A stretch of DNA of 64,000 nucleotides from Chrysomallon squamiferum (Eukaryota > Animalia > Mollusca): NCBI GenBank assembly GCA_012295275.1, contig CM022674.1, forward strand, positions 5,890,001 through 5,954,000, written 5' to 3'. Shown piece after piece: positions 52,148 to 64,000 of the stretch. Position 1 is the stretch's first letter. The number at the start of each line of letters is the position of its first letter. Position numbers and translations under genes: made by a program. Under the pieces are notes generated by a model. The model was not told the origin of the DNA, made no database searches, and saw only the letters and a program-made list of their open reading frames with translations.

Positions 52148-53503
52148 CTTTGTGACTTAGAATACCTTTTGTGGAAACAGGTCACATTTGTGTATAATTA
52201 TTATGAAGTGTGACCAGAAGAAATGATTGAGTCTCAAGCTAACACTGATCATTAACCATATATCACTATCTACATCTTAAAATGTTTCAAATTCACAAAA
52301 AACCACAATGAATTAGTTATTTAAATATTTTTATTTGTTAAAAACTAGATATCAGAACACCTAAAGACATACCATATTTTATTTAATAAAAATAAAAATA
52401 AAATGAAATTGAAAAACGTATTAAAAACATATCTCACAACACAAAAACCGAATTTCTTAGAAGAACAGATTACAAAAATGTTGGAAATTAACGAGTATAA
52501 AAAAATAATAATAATATTTACATGCATAAATGATGTATCTATGTTACAGTGACATTTTAAAATAATTAAGAACTAATTTTTGATGATCTAGATTAAAGCC
52601 ACGAAAATGAAAATTAACTCCTCCATGTCCATTTTAATCTCTGTTTAACAAATTAATTTTTTTATTTTTTATATTTAAAATAATAATTATTTTATAAGTA
52701 TATTGTCAAGTATTAGTTTGCATCACCATAACAGAGATGTGAATAATCTTAAATTTATTGCCAAACAAAATATTTTTTTTTTAATGAAATATTAGTTTGG
52801 TTCCTTAAAACATTTTGAACAAAATACATTCTTAAAGAAATGCTAAAAACAGTTAATAATTTTCATGAAAGAAAATTTTTTTTTTTTTAAAAATCTATAA
52901 AAAAAATTTATTGGATAATATTAAATTATAAAGTTTTGACATTAAATGAATTTCTTTTTTTTTTTTTTTTTTTTTTAATATTATGGGATAAATAAAAAAA
53001 ATAATTTTAAAAAAAAAATAAGTTAAAAATAATTTTTTTTTTTTAAATTAAACAGTGGAGAATTTGACTGGGAAAATTTGTATTTAAATAATAAAAATAA
53101 CAAAAAAATTAAAATATTTAAATATTTTCATGAACAAAATAGTATTTCTATTTTTTCTTTTCTTTTTTTATCTAGATGCATTAAAAAATAAATTTCAAAG
53201 TAAAAAATATCTGCTTATGGCAGAATATATTCAGTATTCAATATGAACATTAAAATGTAATTAATACCATTTACACTGGATGAGTTAGATGGAGGAGTTT
53301 TGTTTTTGTTTTTAATACAAATTTTGGCATTAAAATTGGCAAACACCAGTTACACTGGTTTTGTCTGTTAATTTCAGTTACTTAAATAACAGAGTTAAAT
53401 AATATCTCATAAATCATTCAATATCTAACTACAATTTACCTACCTCAGAATCTGCATAATTATTTATACATACTATAGAACTTTATACCCTTCATTCCAA
53501 AAC

Positions 53504-53567
<64 letters not shown>

Positions 53568-53706
53568 GACACACATATAAACACTTGTTCAAAATCAATA
53601 ATTTCTTAAACAGGCAAAGAATACTGCATACATTTCACAAAATATAAATAAAGCAGGAACACATGATTTTGAAATGCTTTGTGTATGTTTGAATGTGCAT
53701 GCATGC

Positions 53707-53744
<38 letters not shown>

Positions 53745-54159
53745 ATATGTGTAAATTACTAAGTACAATTTGATTTGTTTTATGAAATATTTTGATATTA
53801 GAATCTAAAAAATGTTAGGTTTTTAGGAGAGGCATGGTTCTAGAAACTTTGGGAACCACTGGCATATACAAAACAAAAATTTTAACACTTCACAACAAAC
53901 ATACAACATTTACAAGGACTTGTGCAACTCACCTGCAACACACACACACACACACACAAAAAGCAATATTTATGATGGATTATTAACCTTTTAAATGAGC
54001 ATTAGCGCCCTATATTTTAAAACTTTTAAACTTAACTAATTGTCGAATATGATATGTATATTCCCATAATTTTTTTTAGAAAAAAAAAAAAAAGAACCTG
54101 AATAAGAAAAAACTAAAATTTATATGAACAATACATCAATATCTATCTATCTATCTATC

Positions 54160-54233
<74 letters not shown>

Positions 54234-54244
54234 ATATATATATT

Positions 54245-54278
<34 letters not shown>

Positions 54279-56432
54279 GTAATAATAGTTTAGTTAATGT
54301 TAGCACTATATGTTACATGTCTTCTCTATTAAATAATAAAAGGCTATTTCCTATGCCAGGCAGTGCCCCAGTGTTATTTTGTTAAAACCCGTTATAAAAT
54401 GTTTGTGTAGTTTTGAACCTATGGGAAGGTGCAAATTAAAATTTCTTGCTGCTGTTGAATAGTAGCCCACAAAATTGTGCATATGTTTATATATGCAAGC
54501 ATGTATGTATGTTTAAGTATATGTTATGTGTGTGTGTGTGTGTTTATACATGCATGTATATGTGCACACACACATATCTATATATCTATCTATCTATATA
54601 TATATATATACACATACATATAAATTAAAGGGTTTTTTTTGTTAAATGAATGAATCAATGTCTAATACTATATATATAAAAAACATGTATTAATCACTCA
54701 TTCATTCAAATAACAAAAAATAAAAAATAAAAATCCTTCAATGTAATATTAATTGCTATTTCAAGATGTTTTGTTAATCTGTGACTTTATATTACAACAG
54801 CAGTGGTTTTGGCTGATGGAATTATCTTAGTACAACACTGAAAAAAGTAAAAATCTAATGTATCTATCAGACACTTTTGTTAAATTTACTAATAATCACT
54901 TACAGATTTACTTTTAAAATAAACATGTATAAAGATAGATAGACAGACAGACAGATAGATGATAGATAGACAGACAGATACATGTACATGTGTTATACAG
55001 AAGTCAAATGTCACAGTCACATTTGACAACTAAGAAGTCAGTGCTTAAATTATATATAAACATTTCTATGTAGTTTTATTGCTAGACAATTTTTTCTGTC
55101 AAGATTTATATATAACATATATGACCATTTTTAAATGAAGATTAAAAAAGACAGTGCAAATTACTGATGCTATTTACTAACAAAGTTCTTTTGTTTTGGC
55201 AAACTTCTTGTTCTTGTACACAGCCTGACGGGTTTAAAAGATATTTAGCTACTTTTAGACTTTTCATTAAAACAAAATTAAATATATACTGAAAATATTT
55301 AAACATCTTAAGCAAAAGGAAAGAAATTATTATTATTATTTTTTTATTGTGGACAGTACACCCACCAAAAAAACACAACTAATAATTGTAACATTTTATT
55401 AGGAGTAACTAAAATCCTAAAAACATCAAAGACAAAACAAGTATATGCCTTTATGTACCTTTAGTGGAATAGGGTCACAAATTAATTTTAATAGCACTGA
55501 TTTAAATAAAAATAAAAATAAAAAAAAAAAAAAAATGTGCCTGTTACATAAATGATCTAATAAAATTCTTTATACTTCCAAGTTATTTTCATTGTACAAA
55601 GGATGACAACAAAATAATACTGTTACAAAAAATCTGACACTGCCATTTTATCTGTAGGTCTGACATCATACCTTATATGGTAAAGTGATAGCTAAACTTT
55701 TTCTGATACTGTTACAAGAAATTTTAACACATACATACACACGCCGTATATACATTCATTCAAACAAACACATATACATACATATTATAGAAACTCTTCA
55801 CATTAAATCATTTATTAAGCTAGCCATAGAACATTCAGAAAATGATGCATACAGTTAGTTCATGAAATACAAGTCAAGCATAAATACAAATTTCAAAATG
55901 CTTGGAATAGATGCATGTGTACTGGCCTATTTTGAACAGTGTCAAAACAACAGAAAAATGGCAGCATGCAAACATTTTTAAATTCTACTTTTTTGTCATT
56001 ACAGTATGTTGTTAAGAGAAAATAAAACAACCCCAAAAATCCCCCTATACACAAAACAAAAAACAAACAACAAAACAACTTCTAAATGTAATAAAAAAAA
56101 AAAAAATAAAAATATAACTTGGAAGTATGCAGAATATATTTCGAAATTTATCCCAAAAGGTGCACTTTAATTTTTTTTTCAATAGCACTGTTACAAAAGA
56201 ATAGGAAAGAATTTGCTAATGGTGAAAGTTTTTTTTAACACAATCCCTGCATCATCATCATCATCATCATCAACAACAAAAAAAAAATATAAAAAAAAAA
56301 TATTCCTCTTCATGTCACTAAGTGACACAAAACCATTAATATAAAAAAACATATTGGACAGTCAAGTCAGTAAGTTAAAACCCTCATATTATCATCAACA
56401 CTGTCGTACCTGAGTCATGTCAGCTGTCAGTG

Positions 56433-58960
56433 TCATCGTGCCAGTGTCGCGTCAATCTGCTGAATCCATGGTATTGTCAGGAGTATTTTCCGACGGTAGC
56501 TGGAATCCACCTTCTTGCCGTCAGTGGGGTCGTAGTAAATTGGGTTCCTTTCCAGGTAGACGGTTTCGAGTTTCTTCAGTGTGACGAGAACGTTGATGTC
56601 GTCCCAGTGAGCAAGTTTGTTGTCGTTGAACTGAAAAATATCAACAACAACAACAACAACGTTAAACTGAAAAATATCAACAACAACAACAACGTTAATA
56701 ATAAAAAATAATAATTAAAGTAATAACAATGACAGTAATAATATTAAATAATAATAATAATAGAAATAAAAGTAATAATACTGAATACTACTACTTTCTA
56801 TTCTAATACTGGTAATAATGATGATAATAATGATAGTAATATTATTAAACAATAATAATACAAATTAGAGCATTACTGATAAATACTAATATTAATATTA
56901 AATAACAATAACAACAATAATAACAACAAAAATAACTACAATAACAAAAACAATTACACTTACAAAAACAATTACGATAACAATAATAATAATAATAGTG
57001 AATTATTTCTCAAGGTATTTCAAAAATAAATGATAATAATAATAATGACTTATTTATAAGTAAAAGTGACAATAACAATAGCAATGATTAAAAATAAATT
57101 AAAAAAACGAACTATAAGGAACAATAACTGTAACAGTAATAATGAATGCTTCATGAGTTACTTCCCATTTATCTATTTTTACACATATTGCTAAAATATC
57201 ATGGTATTAATATATAGACCTAGAACATGTATTATTAGGTCATGTCTCTACAAAGGAATAATTTTATTATTTCCCAATATACCCAATGCTTTAGTAATGT
57301 TATTGTTATTGTTGTCATTACCATTATTTTTTTTTATTACCATTTATTACCATTTTTTGGTTAGTATTATTATTATTATTATTATTAACATAATTATTGT
57401 TATCGTTATTGTCATTACAATTTTTTATCATTATTACTATTTATTATTATTATTCTCGGAATTAACACGAATCAACAAAATGTAATAATAATCAAAATTA
57501 CCCAGAATTCCTCTAGGTTGACGAGATGCTGAAGATTCTCCAGTCTTGTGATTCTGTTTGACGAGAGATCCAGTGTCGTCAACTTAACCTAAAAATAAAT
57601 CACTTTTAATTAATATTTTTTTAATAATTTAAATTACAAAATACATCTGAACTTTTAAATGAGTTTACAGAAATTGTTGTTAACTTTATGATCTGTTTTA
57701 ATTCTCTTGGACGTGGTTGTGCCAATGTTTTTATTTGTTGTCTAACCTAAATTAATAAAAAAAAAACAACAACAAAAAGAGTAGTTAAAAAAAAACTGAT
57801 CTTGGTGATGCCAACATTCTGTAATTGTTACTAATCACACAAAGAATTTTTTTTGAAAAAATATACCTATAAATTCTTCTAGTGTTTTTAGAAGAAAGGC
57901 GTTAAGTCATATACACAAAAAATAAAAAAAATAACTGTGTCTGTGTCTGTATAAAATAAAGAATTTTACTAAATCACTTAAGATTTATTCGCTCTGCAAT
58001 AGAACTGCTTTCAAGAGTAAGAAATATTTACGTTATTTTCAAGACCGTCGATTTTCTCAATGCCGTTGTGACTCAAGTACAGCTCTTCCAAGTCCTCCAG
58101 CTTGCTCAAACCTTCAATTTTAATAATTCGGTTACTCTGTAAGATAAAAACCAAACATTTTATGCTGATCAAGTTACGAATATATATCATATATTACATA
58201 AAGATAAATATATGGAGCTGAGGTAAGTTTTGTTTCAATATCGTCTACTTAGCTGTTATGTTTGTCTGATCAAATAATAAAAATGTATGAAATATACACA
58301 CACACACACACACACACACGTATATATACATATATACATACATCTAAATAAAAAAAAAAAATAAAAAAATAATAAATAAATAATAATCAAAAACTAATAT
58401 GTGTGTATATATATATATATAATAAAAATTAGTTGTTAGTTAGATTCCTGACATAAAACAATTATTTATTTCATTTTATATTCTTTAGAAGATTGAATTA
58501 AAAGCATTCTCTCTGTCTTAATATTTTCACTGACAGTGGAAAAGAAGCAAAACACGCAATTTACCTGAAGACTAAGGCACTTCAATTTAACTAATGTGTC
58601 CATTCCATGAAGCTTTGAGATCTTGTTTTTACCAATAAACAAACTAGTCAGGTTAGTAAGTGTGGACAAACCCTCAATAACCTGAAATAAATCAATAAAT
58701 CAATAAATCCACAGACAGATACACATAGACATACATAGGTAAGTGATGGACTGGTAGGTATATAGAGAGGTAGATTAAAACTTCTCATAATAACAACAAC
58801 AACAACAACTTCAACATTAACAATATTATTATTATTATAATCATTATCACACGTGTGTGTGTGTAAATGCATTACATGTACAAGATGAAGAAGTGATAAT
58901 ATATTTTCTGTTTTAATATATAACTGGCAAAAAATGTCCCCATCTGTCTCTCTCTGTGTG

Positions 58961-59009
<49 letters not shown>

Positions 59010-59250
59010 AAGACACAGACAGACAGACAGACAGACACACACACACACACAAACACACAGAGAAACTCACCCTGATTTTGTTGGAGCCAAGTTCAAGCAT
59101 CTCAAGCTGTGTTAAGTGTTCAAGATTTTCTATCTTGGTGATTTTGTTGTGAATCAGAAATAACTTCTTCAGTTTCAACAGATTTTCAAGTCCCGTAATC
59201 CTGGTTATCTTGTTAAATGACAAATCTAGTGTCCTGAAATGATGATGATG

Positions 59251-59295
<45 letters not shown>

Positions 59296-59537
59296 GCGAT
59301 AATAATGTAAAAATATTGAGGCAAATGATGAGAATTATAAATATGATGATAATGATAATTATAATAATGGTGATGATGATACTGGCTAAATGAATGATAA
59401 TATTAACAACAATAACAATACTGATAAACAGAAGTAGAAGAAGAAGAAAACCTATTTATAAAGCAGACTTATTCATCAATTTAAACTGCTGGACAAGATC
59501 TTTAAACAGTTAAAATTTTATGAATTTTTACTACTTC

Positions 59538-59587
<50 letters not shown>

Positions 59588-59805
59588 ACACACACACACA
59601 AATATACGTTACCAAAACTGTTCCAGGTTTTGTTAAAATATTGTTGAGTATATATTAAAAACACATACTCCAGGTTGACTAAGACTTCAAGGTTTTCCAT
59701 GTGGGCTATCTGGTTATCATACAGATCAAGTTCTTTCAGCGTGTGAAGACTTGACAGACCTTCAATCTTCTTCAGCAGATTCTGTCGCAAGCATAGAGTC
59801 TGGGG

Positions 59806-59849
<44 letters not shown>

Positions 59850-59974
59850 GGTATGTATTATTTAATGAGACATTATAACTGACAATTGTATGTTGGTTAA
59901 TCTAACAATGTACATTTATACACACACACACAGACACACATACAGAGTAGATTCAGTCACAGACCAAATATATA

Positions 59975-60006
<32 letters not shown>

Positions 60007-61980
60007 GCTATATATGATGTGAATGAGAATGGGTATATGTCTGTGATTTGTGTTCGTGTTTGTGTATGTGTGTGTGTCTGTATGTTTGTGTGTATGTTTG
60101 TATATGTTATGCATGTATATGTGAGTGATATGTTTGCATATTTTGTGTGTGTGGATGCATGTTGTGTGTTTGTGTGCGTATGTCTATGTTAAATTTGTTT
60201 ATTTATTCCTTGTGTGTTATTTGAGCTTTTTCAAAATATGCCTTGAGTGGATGCAAGTTTTAATATGCGTACTTCATATAAATTTACAAAACTTTATTAA
60301 CCAATAATAAAAACACGAAGAATAATTTTAACTTCACAACTGTTACAAATAATCTCCGCTTTACTTCGTCTAAAAACCCCAAATATTCCATTTTATATCT
60401 GAGAATTAAAACTGTTTTATAACTGTCTGCATACTTCATACAATTTACAAAACTTTATTAATCAATAATAAAAACACGAAGAATAATTTCAACTGTTACA
60501 AATAATCTCCCCTTACTTCGTCTCAAAACCCCCAAATCTTCCGTTTCATGTCTGAGAATTAAAACTGTTTTATATTACAATAACATCAGGTTTTTAATTA
60601 GCTATATTAATGTACCTTACAAATAACTAATTATCATTATTATTATTATTTTAATGAGATTATTAACAGCTGCTGAATAATGTGAATTACTTATGGGGGG
60701 GGGTCACAAGGAGTAGCCTACTGTTAGAATACTTGCTATGCTGTTGTCTGCTTGAGGCACATTCCCAAAAGTGATAAATATGGCAACAGTATCAAAGTAA
60801 ATGGTATGTGATGATGTGTTTGTAGTAAAGTTATTATAAATTATTTTTTGCTTGCAATGAGTTTTTCCGGGAACAATTGTATTATATGTATTAGAATGTT
60901 TTTCCATTATGACCAAATATAAAACATGGCTGAAAAATTATCCAGTTTGTTCTTTTGGAGTCAATAAAGAAAAAACAAATTGAAATAACTACCTCACATT
61001 TTTTCAGTGATTCTAAATTCTCAATCTTGGCAATTCGGCTGTGATAAAAATCAACATCCTGAAAGATAAAAGTGAAAAAAAAATACAAACAGAACAATTA
61101 ATAATTAAATTTCATATTAGCGTTTAATAAATGACTGATAAATACAGCATGAATTTATGTTTGTTCAGGTTACAAAAGGAACAAGTATGAAACTATTTTT
61201 CTGTCAAGCTTGGTGTTTTCTGGATGTCTAGAAGCTGTATAAATGGATCTCAAAAAATAAAATAATAAAAACACACAGTAGTTTATACAGGGCATGTGCT
61301 TGTATCCCCAGTGATATATGATCACAAGAAACAAACCAAAAAATTATCTTTAAACTAAATAAAATGCATTTAGGCTATTCTATTGATATGACCATTCTTA
61401 ATTCATTTAAAAATAAAAAATTTACAAAAAAAACAAAAAAAAAAACAATTACTGGCAAAATATTCAAATCTGAAGAATACAAAATGAATTTATTATTACC
61501 AGTTCAGAAAAAATAAGACAATTATTCAGATCATGAAAAAAAAAATTCAGGTTATTTTATGACTAATATATTAATTCTTACACTAAAAAAAAAAAAAAAA
61601 TATATATATATAAAAATTTTTTTTAAAATATATCAGTAAAATTCAGAACATACAAAATAAACTCAGATTATTTTATCACTAATATATTTATTCTTACCAG
61701 CTCAACAAGAATTAGAAACACAAAAAATAAATTCAGATGATTTTATCGCTAACAGGCACTAGGGATAAAGTTTAATTAGAAACAAGATTGGAAGTATACA
61801 ATGTAATGTGTACAAAGAAAAATCACAGACCAGAGCATCGGGATCTCCAATGTAGATTTTTTGGATGTTTTCTGGATGTGGTTCTTCTTTTTCTACATCC
61901 TCTTCACTGCCTGGCCCTGGCGATGGAGAAAGTTCTTTAGCTTTTGTCTCGATTTTAACCTGTTCTGGATCAACTTCCAT
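56433..61980 (-). CDS. PPP1R7: Protein phosphatase 1 regulatory subunit 7 (SDS22), 8 coding exons, 338 aa
   Basis: Exons 61980-61831, 61058-60993, 59799-59669, 59233-59071, 58681-58565, 58136-58032, 57588-57502, 56630-56433. SDS22-type 22-aa LRRs (LCLRQNLLKKIEGL, LDLYDNQI, LELGSNKIR, LEEFWFNDN) and an LRR cap (YLERNP...YRRKILLTIPWIQQIDAT). An in-frame TGA lies just upstream of the ATG. Confidence 0.96.
60268..60573. repeat. ~163-bp direct tandem duplication in a PPP1R7 intron
   Basis: acttcata..aatttacaaaactttattaa..aaaacacgaagaataattt..tctgagaattaaaactgttttata occurs twice. Confidence 0.9.
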
Positions 61981-63186
61981 TTCTCAACAATCTGGCAGAT
62001 CTGGAACAGTTAAAAGATGTATTTTAGAAAAGTAATTAAAAATATGGAATATATTAATAATTTCTGAAAATATTATTGAAAAAAAAGAAGAGTTTAAAAA
62101 AAAAATAATAATAATAATAAATTAATAATAATAATAATAATAAATTAATAATAATAATAATAATAAATTAATAATAATAATAACAGAAAAATATTGATAA
62201 TGTAGGCAATATTTAAAATACACAAGGAAAACATGGACAAAATGTTATCTTTGTAGTACTTATTAAATAGTAGTAGTGGTTGTTATGGTAACTATAAGAC
62301 TAACAGTAACAGTAACATGTTGATAATCAAGTGAGGAGAAGGTTAATGTAAAATCAAATGATAAATAAATTGCTTTGATCATGATCATATTTTTTTATTT
62401 CTAATCTGAAGACTAGTAAGACTAGAAGTTTACACCTTGAGAAAATTATTTTGATCTTATTTTATTTTGCTGCTAGTAGTAGTACTTGCTAGAATAATGT
62501 GATGATAATGATGCAATAGTTTAAAAATTAAAAAAAAAAAAATCTTAACATCAACATAATTTTATTGTTTTATCACCTCTATAATCTTTGGTTTCATCAT
62601 ATTTCACATTTTTCAATACAAGGAAGAAGGGAAATGAATTGCAAAGATGTTATTATTATCATTAATGATAATTAAACGGTTTACTGTGCATATGAATGGA
62701 GAAACTTGTTTTATTTGACAATTTGGGTTTATAATATTTATTTAATAATTTTATCAGTGAGATGTAACACAAATCAACTTAAAATGTGATGGAATGAAGA
62801 AAATTTTTTTCAACATCTAGATGACAGATCTAATGTCTAAAGGTTTACTACTCTAGCATTAACTACTTTTCTCTTTCTATATATTGAAAGATGTACATAA
62901 TGATTGGAAAAAGAAGTACGATTTGGCAGATTAACTAAATAAACATATTTTATTTCACATAATTCCTATTATGTATATAATTACTACGGCCGTCACGATC
63001 GTGAAAGTGCTGTTACTGGTGTTAGTAGAATAACGTTACAAACGGATACATGTTCTGCGCTGAACAAAAAAGGAAATCTGTGCATTCCGTGCTCCTTGTA
63101 GCGTAAACGTTGGGATTATAATTTAGTAAAATCCTAAATCTTTCCAAATATGCACATGTCAAACACAGACTATGTCAAGAACTTAC

Positions 63187-63320
63187 AACAAATATTGTAA
63201 ACAATAATTTCTGTCACCTTCTTTAAACAAAACCTGTTGCAAACAAATCGATTCGCTTCACAGAAAACAATATATAAAATGGCAATCGACTGAGTAACAG
63301 TCTACAGATGGTAAAAACGA
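63187..63320 (-). promoter_or_regulatory. Probable PPP1R7 non-coding first exon and promoter
   Basis: Minus-strand donor TT|gtaagt below 63187, CpG enrichment at 62985-63320, and the acceptor of the ATG exon at 62000. Confidence 0.5.
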
Positions 63321-64000
63321 TAAGGATGTATTCTAGTGAGAGGTTCTGTGTAATCTGTGTAGTATGTTTAATTGTGAATAGTATATGCTAGGTCATGTTG
63401 GTGCATGAATTTTTATATATTTCCAAAGTTTAAACATGTACATATTCGGTTAGGATGGAACATACACATGCAAAATGACAAAAAAACAACAACAAACAAA
63501 GAAAAAAACCAAGAACAACTACAAAACAAGATCAAACAAAACAAAATTAAGATAGCCAATGTACATTAAATAAGAAAATGTAAAGGAAGAAACAAAATAA
63601 ATGATAGATTAACTAAAGAATAACTTCTACAAAAACAACAAACAAGTAATACATAGATAACAAACGCAGGCACGAAAACAAAAATACAGAACAAAACAAA
63701 AACAAACATGAAGATAGCTAGCCTGATGCGGCAGCATTACCCAAAACAATTTAAACAAGACTATTTTATTTTTAAAAAAACCCATTAAATTTATATGTAT
63801 TGGTAAAATTCTTCCATAAGCAATACTATTTACCTTTATTATTTGTTGTTTATTTTTCATCTTTTTTTAATTTATTATTATTAAAACATTTCTTTCTTTT
63901 TTTTTTTTTTACTAATATAATAAACTGTGTATATTTCTAAATAATATAGTTTTTCAACAAATGTAACCCAGTATTTTACGTTTTAAAAGGAGGATATTTA

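Noticed and set aside
56395-56435. Small hairpin and repeated TGA after the PPP1R7 stop (readthrough or SECIS?)
   Set aside because: A second in-frame TGA follows two codons later, there is no SECIS core geometry, and the protein ends at the conserved position.

Overview
Very AT-rich, microsatellite-dense animal genomic DNA with GT-AG introns. The composition and gene set suggest an invertebrate such as a mollusc or cephalopod, but this is inference only. I rebuilt seven intron-containing genes by hand, checking phase at every junction: the first coding exon of PIK3R4/VPS15 (-, not in the ORF track), NSUN5 (-), a GLT8D1-like GT8 glycosyltransferase (+), NECAP (+), an unidentified 280-aa gene (-), GMPS (+) and PPP1R7/SDS22 (-). 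Five +1 insertions break the NSUN5 and GLT8D1 frames and most likely reflect assembly errors. The most unusual pattern is repeated tandem duplication of splice-site sequences: about 19 copies of one donor in GLT8D1, a copied donor in GMPS, and in-frame duplicated terminal acceptors in GMPS and PPP1R7. Also notable are a ~380-aa Lys-block/acidic tail on NSUN5, an old dispersed repeat whose internal 30-mer with a perfect PAR-bZIP site has been amplified four times, a 335-bp intronic foldback, and a possible ciliary gene with RFX-like sites. I found no rRNA, tRNA or CRISPR.
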